A DNA stretch of 64,000 nucleotides, from the NCBI GenBank assembly GCA_016124235.1, contig WGOC01000022.1:157923-221922 (forward strand), given 5' to 3'. The position numbers and the translations under genes were made by a program. Below the pieces are notes generated by a model. The model was given only the letters and a program-made list of their open reading frames with translations, did no database searches and was not told where the DNA came from. Of this stretch, positions 46,664 through 56,000 are shown piece by piece; within the stretch, counting starts at the first letter, position 1, and every line of letters begins with the position of its first letter. The DNA is from a bacterium (GTDB taxonomy: Bacteria; Verrucomicrobiota; Verrucomicrobiia; Limisphaerales; RI-55).

Positions 46664-47351
46664 TTGATTCTTCAGTTGACTTGGGGTTCAGTTCGTCCGT
46701 CATTGGAATAGACCGGAACTCCAAAGCTATTTTTCCGCGCTCTAAGTCGAGGTACATCGCCCCGATGTTATAGAGCAAATTCCCATCACTGTTACGATAC
46801 ACGCCAACATCCCTAAGGTAAAGCTCGGCTTTTACACCATCGTCTGAAAACCCTAATATCCACCCGTCATAGGCAAGATCCCTGGCTGGATCTCGGACCG
46901 TAACCCACGATCCGCTCTTGTCCTGGATGTTCATTGCGTAGCCCCAAACATCCAGATTGCCTGATTTGTGGGTGAATCGGAATTTTCTCCCAATTCGATA
47001 AGGGATGCCAAGATTCAAAAGCGCTGAACTGCCGACGCCACTCACGATCGCGATGAGGCATGCTCCGATTAGCTCTGGAAAACTGATCGTCGAATCTTGC
47101 TTTAGCAGGTTTTCAAAGAAGCCCATTTTGGTGGGTAAGGACCACTCAAATTCCAGATTCAGTGATGGGCATATCCAAAGGAAGATGAACCACTCGACCA
47201 GGTAGCAACTGAGGCCAAAGAGCAGAACCTCAATTATGTAGAAGAAAGGCTCACGTTTTTTGATAACCGCGAACGCGTTGATGATCTGGGCGACAATGAC
47301 GCCCGGAAGAAATAGCAGCAGAGATCTGAACGCGAATTCTGATATCTCCAT
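46626..47351 (-). CDS. hypothetical membrane protein (about 4 TM helices + soluble beta-rich C-terminal domain)
   Basis: The ATG at 47351 (MEISEFAF...) is preferred over the TTG at 47396. Hydrophobic segments LLLFLPGVIVAQIINAFAV, FFYIIEVLLFGLSCYLVEWFIFLWI and LIGACLIAIVSGVGSSALL. The DNA is visibly AT-richer than its surroundings. Confidence 0.6.
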   Translation of the reverse strand: MEISEFAFRSLLLFLPGVIVAQIINAFAVIKKREPFFYIIEVLLFGLSCYLVEWFIFLWICPSLNLEFEWSLPTKMGFFENLLKQDSTISFPELIGACLIAIVSGVGSSALLNLGIPYRIGRKFRFTHKSGNLDVWGYAMNIQDKSGSWVTVRDPARDLAYDGWILGFSDDGVKAELYLRDVGVYRNSDGNLLYNIGAMYLDLERGKIALEFRSIPMTDELNPKSTEESNERETENDDGGQ

Positions 47352-47445
47352 TCCCGCTTTGTAACGTGCGCGGCGATTTTCGTCTATCCGAATCAACTAG
47401 GTCTTGAAGCATTTCGATTCGATCAGCACACTATTCCTATAGGAA

Positions 47446-48252
47446 ATGGAATTCGTCAGAGCTATTCCGTTTGAAGAAGCGGTCGCCAAACTGGGTGATC
47501 GTTCGGTTATTGGTTCGTGGCTGAAGTCCACCGAGTGGGCTGGTGTGCCAGTGGCGTTGCGCGATCGTGCCTATTTCTCCGCCACGGTCGAAAGTGTGCG
47601 CGTGCTGCAGCGTGGCCGCGATATGATCAACGATTTCCTCACCGGCGTGCGTGAGATCCTGCCGAATGGCGAAGTGGCGTTGAAGGCGGGTAGTCGTCAG
47701 GAGTTCGTGAAGCAGATGCAGAGCTTCATGGAGTCGGAGGGGATGATCCGTAAACACGGCGGCTTGTCCGACGTGGCCAGCCAGCGCCGGCTGGAATTGA
47801 TCTTCGATACGCAGACCAGACAGGCCCAGGAATATGGCACCTGGAAGCAGGGCCAAGACCCCGACGTGCTCGACGAGTTCCCAGCGCAGAGATTTATCCG
47901 CGTGCATTCCGTGAACGAGGCGCGCACTTCACACGCGGCGTTTGAAGGCGCTGTCCGCCTCAAGAGTGATTTGCAGTTCTGGCAATCGATCAATCAGGAT
48001 TTCGGCGTGCCTTGGGGGCCGTGGGGTTGGGGTTGCGGTCACGACGTGGAAGACGTGGACCGTGCCGAAGCCGAGTCGCTCGGCTTGCTGCAACCAGGCG
48101 AACCGGCCCGCCCGGTGGACAAGTCGTTCAACGATCAGCTGAAGGCATCAACGTGCGGCATTGATCCAGATCTGCAGGGCGTGCTGAAGAAACAGTTTGG
48201 CGAGCAGATCCAGAGCGAAGGGGACGCGGTGAATTGGAGGGGGCAGGAATGA
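47446..48252 (+). CDS. phage Mu F-like / SPP1 gp7-family head morphogenesis protein homologue
   Basis: IPFEEAVAKL N-terminus, RRLELIFDTQTRQAQEYGTW (compare R.ELIARTE...A.N.G), and RFIRVHSVNEARTSHAAFEGAVRLKSDLQFW (compare D.RTR..H..L.G......D.FW). Recognised from memory of the family motifs. Confidence 0.6.
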   Translation: MEFVRAIPFEEAVAKLGDRSVIGSWLKSTEWAGVPVALRDRAYFSATVESVRVLQRGRDMINDFLTGVREILPNGEVALKAGSRQEFVKQMQSFMESEGMIRKHGGLSDVASQRRLELIFDTQTRQAQEYGTWKQGQDPDVLDEFPAQRFIRVHSVNEARTSHAAFEGAVRLKSDLQFWQSINQDFGVPWGPWGWGCGHDVEDVDRAEAESLGLLQPGEPARPVDKSFNDQLKASTCGIDPDLQGVLKKQFGEQIQSEGDAVNWRGQE

Positions 48253-48575
48253 CGTTGCGCGATATTCTCCGAGGCCGATTGGTGGGCAAGTATGACGATG
48301 CCGAAACTGTTCGGCGCCTGGTCGGCATCGGCCTCACCGAACTGGAAGCCAAACGTTGGTTGATTGACCAGGATGCAGGCTTCGGGCCTGACGTATTTAG
48401 CGAAGACGACAATGACCGTCAACGGCGGACGATAATGACTGATCGCATGATGGCCGCCATTCCCGACGAGGTGGCTATCGACCGCTTGCAATCGACCGGC
48501 CTCACTGAGGCTGAAGCGCGGCGGTGGCTCCAAAACCAGGATGAACTATTCCTGCCGGATTTGGTAATTGATTAG
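48249..48575 (+). CDS. hypothetical protein with internal repeat GLTE(L/A)EA(K/R)RWL.(D/N)QD
   Basis: The ATG at 48249 overlaps the MuF-like stop (ATGA). There are two copies of an ~18-aa motif (GLTELEAKRWLIDQDAGF / GLTEAEARRWLQNQDELF). Confidence 0.5.
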   Translation: MTLRDILRGRLVGKYDDAETVRRLVGIGLTELEAKRWLIDQDAGFGPDVFSEDDNDRQRRTIMTDRMMAAIPDEVAIDRLQSTGLTEAEARRWLQNQDELFLPDLVID

Positions 48576-48586
48576 GGGGTAGTTGT

Positions 48587-49207
48587 ATGTCTCGCACAAA
48601 GCCGAAAGATCTCACTATTTTTGGGGTGACGAAGCGACTGGATGAAATCGTAGCGCTCAGACACGATCTGATAGCGTATTTCAACGATCTTAATCGGTCG
48701 CAGTCCTATATGTCTGCCCCGAGCGAGGGAGAAAAAGCGAGGGCGGTAAGACCAGAGATTAACCGAAGGCTTGATTCTGTTGTCGAATATATCGAGGCCG
48801 CGGGTGTACCGTGCGTTCTATATCATTCGCCAGCGCCGGCAATCGGTGGATTTGCAGGCAATATCCATGTCCTCCATAATATCTTTAATTGGCATCAGCT
48901 CGATATTCGGCCAGTTCAAATTCTCGACATCTTTGAGAGAGCGATAGGTGTCTATCAAGCTCAGGTTGGACCTGCAAAAGTGCGGACATTTAATCCGATT
49001 TTTTGGCTGCTTCGCTTCTTACGAGCGATTAGCTCGTTACCGTTCTCACTGCTCGATAATGTCGGCCTTGGTGGACACAAGCTGGAAGAGAGTTTCGTCG
49101 GTAAATTGATCAAGTTGTTGACTGAACTTATTACATTGGCTTGTTCGGCGTACGGTTTTCTCAAATTAATTGGCCGCGAAGATATGATTCGAAAGTTTTT
49201 TGAGTGA
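48587..49207 (+). CDS. hypothetical protein (206 aa) with hydrophobic C-terminal region
   Basis: AT-richer ORF. The C-terminal FNPIFWLLRFLRAISSLPFSLL and LIKLLTELITLACSAYGFLKLI segments suggest membrane association. No family recognised. Confidence 0.55.
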   Translation: MSRTKPKDLTIFGVTKRLDEIVALRHDLIAYFNDLNRSQSYMSAPSEGEKARAVRPEINRRLDSVVEYIEAAGVPCVLYHSPAPAIGGFAGNIHVLHNIFNWHQLDIRPVQILDIFERAIGVYQAQVGPAKVRTFNPIFWLLRFLRAISSLPFSLLDNVGLGGHKLEESFVGKLIKLLTELITLACSAYGFLKLIGREDMIRKFFE

Positions 49208-49280
49208 GCGGCGCAGAGCGGCGAAATGCCGCCTACTGACTCTCTTGTCCGGCGGCTGATTTGTGAGATTCTGTGGGCCG

Positions 49281-49457
49281 ATGAAACTCGAAAATCCATT
49301 CTTTATAATCTTGGCGGCGCTCCTGGCGGCGTGGGCGATCATCGAACTTATCAATGACAGCTCCCGCGCAATAGAATGCCGTTACCGTAAGAGCAAGGCC
49401 CGGCCGAAAGGGTTGGTCGGTTACAAACAGGTCGCTCCAGAGCCGGTCCTTGGCTGA
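49281..49457 (+). CDS. possible small single-pass membrane protein (58 aa)
   Basis: MKLENPFFIILAALLAAWAIIELI followed by a basic segment (positive-inside). It competes with an antisense 81-aa ORF. Confidence 0.3.
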   Translation: MKLENPFFIILAALLAAWAIIELINDSSRAIECRYRKSKARPKGLVGYKQVAPEPVLG

Positions 49458-49585
49458 GTCGCTGCCGGTATCTGGCAATGCGGCTGCCGGAGATGTGCTG
49501 CGACGCCTGTCGCGACGTCTAACCGGTTAATTCAGGACGCATCACTTATGATTAGACGAAGTGATTGAAAGTTGTCCGATGTCCC

Positions 49586-49619
49586 ATCTGTGCGGTCTAT
49601 TTTTCAATTTGTTCCAAAA
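49586..49619 (+). repeat. right-end inner copy of the bipartite repeat (same orientation as the left end)
   Basis: ATCTGTGCGG (49586-49595), N14, then TGTTCCAAAA (49610-49619). Confidence 0.8.
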
Positions 49620-49666
49620 CTCCGAGCGACCGGCACTGAAGGCCCGCCGTTATTGAGTATTCTACG

Positions 49667-49700
49667 TTTGGAACAGTCGGACATCAGTCCGCACAGATCG
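49667..49700 (-). repeat. right-end outer copy of the bipartite repeat (inverted relative to the left end)
   Basis: TTTGGAACA (49667-49675), N13, then CCGCACAGATCG (49689-49700). Reverse complement is CGATCTGTGCGG-N13-TGTTCCAAA. Confidence 0.8.
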
Positions 49701-49853
49701 CCTGCAGCGGCGTTTTTCGGCCAAGCTCGATTCAGGGGGCGTTTAGGCTCGTAAGTGCCTCACACTCGGAAAGTTCCAAGCTGGTTTAGTCTTGTTCACC
49801 CTAAAATGTGCGAGCGTACAACTCGGTCGCGAACATTCAAACGGGGAAAGAAA

Positions 49854-49928
49854 TGGTGCGCGATACAGGGTTCGAACCTGTGACCCCCACCGTGTCAAGG
49901 TGATGCTCTACCACTGAGCTAACCGCGC
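49854..49928 (-). tRNA. tRNA-Val (anticodon GAC), CCA encoded
   Basis: The reverse complement folds as a canonical cloverleaf: acceptor GCGCGGT/ATCGCGC, D-arm GCTC-AGTGGTA-GAGC, anticodon arm TCACC-TTGACAC-GGTGG, variable loop GGGTC, T-arm ACAGG-TTCGAAC-CCTGT, then A-CCA. 75 nt. Confidence 0.93.
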
Positions 49929-50006
49929 AACCAAGGCCGGGCCGCAGAGATTCTCAAAATGCGCTCCCTTGGCAAGTGTGTTTTGGGGCGAATTTTGCGG
50001 GCATTG

Positions 50007-53000
50007 TCACGCCGCCTCGACGGCTGCCTGCTCCAACACGCGATTGAGCGTGCGGGCAGCGGATGGCAGCACAGTCGCGAGGTACTCGAGTCGTTCGCCG
50101 ACGGCCTGGACGCCTTCGGCAGCGCCATAGTTTACCAAGCGCCGATACCAGTTGAGAAATTCCTGGCTGGTTTCGGCTTCGTTTTCCGGCGGGCCGTCGA
50201 TGCTGAACTCGCCCTGCATCAATTCGCAGAACAGGCGAGCACTCAGCGCGCGCGGCTGACCATTGAGTTGGCGCCAAAAGGGCAGGGCGTCCGCGTATTG
50301 TTGAGTGAGCAAAAGCGTTTCACCTCGGGCGGCGATCAAGTCACGATTCGTCGGATGATGCTTGATGGCCTCGGCGGTCCAGTCGCGAGCGAACTCGATG
50401 AAGTCGGGTTGGCTCAACGCCACGCGGGCGCCGTGAACCCAAGCTTCAACGAACTGCGTGTTTTCCGTGACCAGGCCGTGGAACAATTTCAGCGCTTCGA
50501 CCGGGTCGCCGTGTTTTGTCGCAAACCGGGCGGCATCCATGCGCAGGGGCGCAAGCTTGGGATCTTCCTGGATGGCGGAGGCAAATTCACCAGTGGCGTC
50601 CTCGATTGCTCCGGATTGCCAAAGTGCCAGCGCGAGGCAATGACGCGGGGCGCCGCTATGGATTACCTGATTGACCAGGTAGAATGACGGTTCGTTGCGA
50701 GTGGCGATGCAGGCACGGAAGGCCGCCACCGCTTCGGTCCATTGGTGAAGCTCCTGGTGGGCGAGACCGAGCGTGAATTGCAAGGAAGCCGTCAGCTTGC
50801 CGGCCCGGGCAACTCGCGACGAAAGCACGGCGACGATGTCGGACCAGCGATTCACCTTCATCAAATGCGAGGTGTATTGCGTGAGCAACGATTCACGCAA
50901 CTCGGGTGTCACTTCATTGACCGGCTTTCCATCGAGAGCGGCGAACGCTTCAGCGTAGCGTTTCAACCCTTCGTCAAATCGTTCAGAACGAATCAGCTCG
51001 AGCCCGTAGTTCATCAACAGGTTCGGATCGCCCGGGATTTCGTCGATTGTCATTTCAAGCAAACGCAGATTGCGGATGACTTTGTTCCGGTCTTTGACGA
51101 CCTCCGCGGTGTAGCCGTGGTGAATGAGTTTCACATCGGCCACGGCTGTTTCCATGTTCCATTCTTCGCGACGGACTTCGACGCTGCTGAACACCTGTTC
51201 GTGAACACGGCTCACGTAAAACAATCCGGGCGCATTGCGGAACAACCTCGCGACAAACGTGCGGCCTTCGGCTTCATGGCCGACGTCGATGATAGGCAGA
51301 CGCCAGCCGATCGTGTTGGGCGTTTGCATCGCTATCCGGAGAGCGGCCTTGCTGTCGGGCGCAAGTTCTTCGTCAGCGTCGAGCACGAGCACCCAGTCGC
51401 CGGTGGCTTTCTCAAGGGCGGCATTGCGGGCCGCGCTAAAGTCATCACACCACGTGACCGAATGAACTTCCGCGCCGTGCTGTTTGGCGATGTCGACTGT
51501 TCGATCGGTCGAACCGGTATCCATCACGACGATTTGCTGCGCAATGTCTTTGATCGAGCGCAGGCATTGATCCAGGAACTTCTCCTCGTTTTTGGTGATG
51601 AGACAAACGCTGAGCTGTGGTTCGCGAGTTGGGGGCAGCGGAGAAAATTCGGTTTTGGTTTTCGCCGGACGTAGCTTGTGCGTTTTGGCGAACTTACGAG
51701 CCGTTTTCCAATTCGGCGTGAGCGACAGTGCTCGATCAACGCATTCCTTCATCCGCGTGGCATCACCGCTTTGGCAGGCGATTTCGGCGAGCAGCAAACA
51801 GGCTTCAGGATGGAACGGGCGTTGAGCGATCGCGTCGAGATTCGCGTTCCAAGCGGCGACCAGTTTGCCTTGTTTGAACAATTCGCGGGCGGCACCCAGG
51901 TGACCGAGTTTGGCGACGGCGGGCAGCTTGATCGCGATTGGTTTGTGCGACTTTTGTTCTGAGGGCTTGGGTGTTTCTTCTGCCGACGGGACGTCGGCAG
52001 CACGTTGCTGCACCAGTTCGGCGATGCGATTGGCGGTGTGATTCCAAGTCCAATTTTCGCGGACATGGGCGCTGGCGGCGTTTCCGCGGGCGCGCGCTTC
52101 TTCGCGATGTTCGACGACGTGGCGAATCAGCTTCTTGAGCGCGTCAACATTCGGTTCCAGCAACCAGCCATCACCGGCCAACGGCATCCCGCTGATTTCG
52201 CGACCGAACACCTGCCGCGTTGATGGAATACGATAACCAATTTCCGCCGGCACAAAATCATCGGTTGCACCACCGGCCGTGACGATTACCGGCAGACCGC
52301 AGGCCATTGCTTCGAGAACCGGCAGGCCGAAACCTTCACCGCGATACGGATGCACGAGGCAATTGCATGCTTTGTAGAGTCCGGGCAGATCGCGCGCCGG
52401 AAGTTCGTTCGTCAGATAAAGAATCTCCGGTGTGTTGGGCTGCTTTTGGATTTCGCGAATCTGTTGGTCGATCGTCTGGCCAGCGTAAACGGAAGCGCCG
52501 CCAAAATCCTTGATAACCAGACAAACGTCATCTTTTGCCGTGAATGTCTCGCAGTAGGCCTTGAGTAGAACGTCGGGGCCTTTTCGGTGGATCGTTCCGC
52601 CGACAAATAGGAATTTGAACTTCTTCTTCGTCGCCAGTGAGAGCGGTTTGACCTGCGGATGGAAAGCCTTGGGATCGATTCCGTTTGGGACAACATGAAC
52701 TTTTTCCGCCGGCACGCCCGACTCGATGTAAACCTGCCGCACGTAATTCGAGGGAACCCAGAACACGTCCGCGTTCGCGGAGGCATTTACCCAGTCCTTC
52801 GGCAGCGAACCAAATTCCCACGGTTGAATCACCGCGAGCTTGCCCTGGGCCGGCCGTGACCAATCGGGCGGCCATGCGTGGCGCACAGTGAGCGAAGCAT
52901 TCGTGTTCGCCTTGCTCGCAAGTTTACCGCGATACGATTGCAGTGGTTTCGCGAGCTTGCCGGTCACGGGTGTCGTCTGAATCCGTCGAATAGAAGCACC

Positions 53001-56000
53001 GTTTTGAATGACCAATGTGTCCGTGAGAACGCGGTTGATGTTCGAAAGACTTCCGTAATCGAGAAACGAACCGTGCCAGTTGATTTCAAAGCGGGTCGTC
53101 TGCTTGACGGCTGGTTGAGCGTTTTGACTGGGTGCCGGTTGTTTGGCAATGGCCTTTTGGAATGTCTTTCTGAATTCGTCGAACGAGCGAACCAGCGTGA
53201 TGTCGCTCCACGGATCGATGAACACAAAGTCGGAGGCATCCTTCTTTCCGGTCCAATCCGCGCCGCGGAGCGAATCAAAGACAATGGTGGGAATGCCGCG
53301 GAGTGCCGCAAACGTTTTGCCCCACGAATCAGCGCCAACGAAGACTTTGCTGGACGCGATCCATTCCATTTGTTCGCGGAACGAATAGCTGCGTTGGTCG
53401 ACGGCGCCTGAAATGGCGGGATAAAGCGTCGCTTCATCGGGCGTGCCCAAGATCACTGGAGTCAGTCCGGCGTCGAGGATCAATCGTTGCAAAGCGGGCC
53501 ATGTCGCGGGATCGAGTTGGTTGCGCTTCGAACCGACCATGCCCGTGAGACTGCCTTTCGGCGAGAGCGTGACGCACGCCGGAGAATCAGTTCGTTGAAA
53601 CTCGCGCGCCCATTTCGGGTGTTCGGTGACCTTACGCTGGCGATAGATGTCGAACGTCGGATTCCACTCGGAGTATTCCTGATAGGGCGTCACTCCCACG
53701 CCGCGACAGGTCCTCACCAGTTTCATCAACATGCGGACGAGTAAATGATGATGCGGGTCCGGATGTTCGGGCAGGAAGTAGACGTTTTTGAGTTTCGGGA
53801 ACGCGTCGAAAAAGCTCTTCATGGCCTCGTTCGAATTGGCCATGCTCACGATGACGGATTCCGGGTGACGATCGTAGAAAGTCGACAGCAGCAACAAGCC
53901 GTCGCCCGCACCTCCGCAATGGAAATAAAACGGACCGATGCGTTCCAGGTAGCCGGCCAGCATTTCCGCGAGCTTCGCGAAGTGATTTCCGTTTTGCAGT
54001 TCCTTGGTGACGACGGGGAACAGTTCTTTCACGAGTTCGAGGTAGCGACCGTCTTTTTCCCCGGTAAGAATAGAATCTACGAAGGCATTCCAATTGGTGG
54101 GTGTCGCTGAATCCATGCCCAGGAGCAACTTCTGATACTCGCGAGCCTTTTCTGTCTCGTGACGACACAAGCTTTCGCGCGTCATCTGGCGGACGGCGGG
54201 CGGGTCCAAAATGACACCGTCGATTGACGTGTAACGCGGATCGCCGTGGATGACCGTGCTGTGTGAATTGAAACGAATCGAGATTCCAGCGGCGTGCAAA
54301 CGACGGGAGAAATCCGCGTCCTCGCCCTGATAGAAGCCAAGGCTGTCGCTCCAGCGCACGCGATCCCCCACCGCCGCCTTCATCACACACAAGCCGCCCG
54401 TGACGTAGACGTGCGGATCGGTTTCGTCGTAAGGCAACAATTTGTGGCCGCGCGGTCCGGCGTTGGTCGCCCAATCCCAGTAACGTGTTCCGTCGGGGTT
54501 GAGCAGCCGCACACACAACACTTCAAAGTCATCGCCAAACTGTTGGAGGCCTCGGAAGAAATCGGATTGGAAAATCAGATCATCGTCGGCGACAACCAGA
54601 TGATCGAATCGGGCGCGATCGAGGAGGCGATTACGCATCTCACCTAAACGGCCGTTTCGCGCGGCGTCGACGGCAGGAACAAACTCGATGTCGTCAAAAC
54701 CTTCCGACGCTTCGCCGCCGATCAGAATTTCGCAATTGGGAATGTTCAATGACTGCACACTCTCGATGGCCCGCCGGAGTTTCTCTGGGCGCTTCCCGTT
54801 GGTGATGAAACAGAACGACCAGCCCGACTCACGAACGCGCGGTTTGAGATCACTGTGTTCGATCAATTTGCCGCGCAGGATCTTCAGGCGACCGGCGAAT
54901 TCGTGATCACCATTCCGCGTGGTTTTGCCAATTTGCAGATCAATCAGACCAAAGAAAATTCGGTCCAATCTGGCTTTGTGGGCACGGGCGAACTCGGATT
55001 TGCTCGCACAATCCAAGGCGGCTTCCAGCGCAACACCAGCTTCGCGGACGGCCTCTGCGGAAAGGGGTTCACGTAAATCGAGCAAATGAGTGAGCTGGTC
55101 ACTGAGTTGTAGATCGTTCGGCGAGCTCAATGCGTTCACTGACGCGACTTGTTCGGGCTTGCGGGCGAAGAAACGGATTTCTTCGCCCTGTCCGTTTTGG
55201 GCGAGTTGATCGACGAGTTGTTGATGGCTCGCGTCGTTCCGCAGCGATGCGTCCACGCGGTCGGCGACCTCGCGGTGCATACGCATGCCGTAATCACCGA
55301 GCGCGGTGTAAATTCGTTCCACCACAAAGCCCGCCGCTTCGAGATGTCGACGCAATGTCTCGGGTGTATAGTGGACGTAATGATAATTCGGATCGAGCCA
55401 GTACCAACGATCGCCCGCGTGTCGCGAACAATAGGACGCGAAGTTCGGAACAATGCCGCAGAATAGACCTCCCGGTTGCAGCGTGAGGAAAACTTTGGCG
55501 ATCGCTTCACGCGGTTGCGGCAGATGCTCGAGCACATGCAGCATGGTTATGACTTGGTGCGAATTCTCTTCGTAAGGCGTGTCCAGGAACTGTGTGTTGA
55601 CGACGGGAATCTGCAGTTCGTCGTTGGCGTAATGAACCGCCTTGCGGGTCAACTCCATGCCCGCCGGTTGGAATCCGTGGTCGCGCGCATTCAAAAGAAA
55701 CGCGCCCCAGCCACAACCGATGTCGAGAATGCGTCCGCGCTTCTGGTTGATCCCCAGAATTTCCTGGAAGAAATAGTCCCGCTTCAAACAGCTCGCCGCG
55801 GCCGCATCTTTGGACTTGGGCAGAGCCATGTGGGAACCATCATCCGCGTAGGTTTGATAGAGCTTCTCCATCTGCTCCGTCGTCATCCGCGTGCGGAGAT
55901 AAACCGTCTGGCAATCGGAGCACTGGACAATGTCCGCCGCATGGCGAACGCGATCGGCGCGCCGCGAGGCGCAAAATGGACAACCAACACTCTCCGTCGT

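Larger units (their letters stand above)
34352..49700. mobile_element. ~15.3 kb Mu/Tn7-superfamily transposable element (boundaries provisional)
   Basis: Inverted copies of a bipartite repeat lie at 34352-34387 and 49667-49700. The interior carries a MuA-like DDE transposase, a MuB-like AAA+ ATPase, a Ner-like/XRE repressor switch, and TMP-like and MuF-like genes. Flanks are ordinary chromosomal genes (PSD1 gene, tRNA-Val). Confidence 0.55.

Noticed and set aside
50742-54516. Numerous 100-310-aa ORFs inside or antisense to the 3399-aa gene (for example 50742-51674 +, 53632-54516 -, 49959-50687 +)
   Set aside because: All overlap the uninterrupted, motif-rich giant ORF and have low-complexity Arg-rich translations, so they are treated as shadow ORFs.
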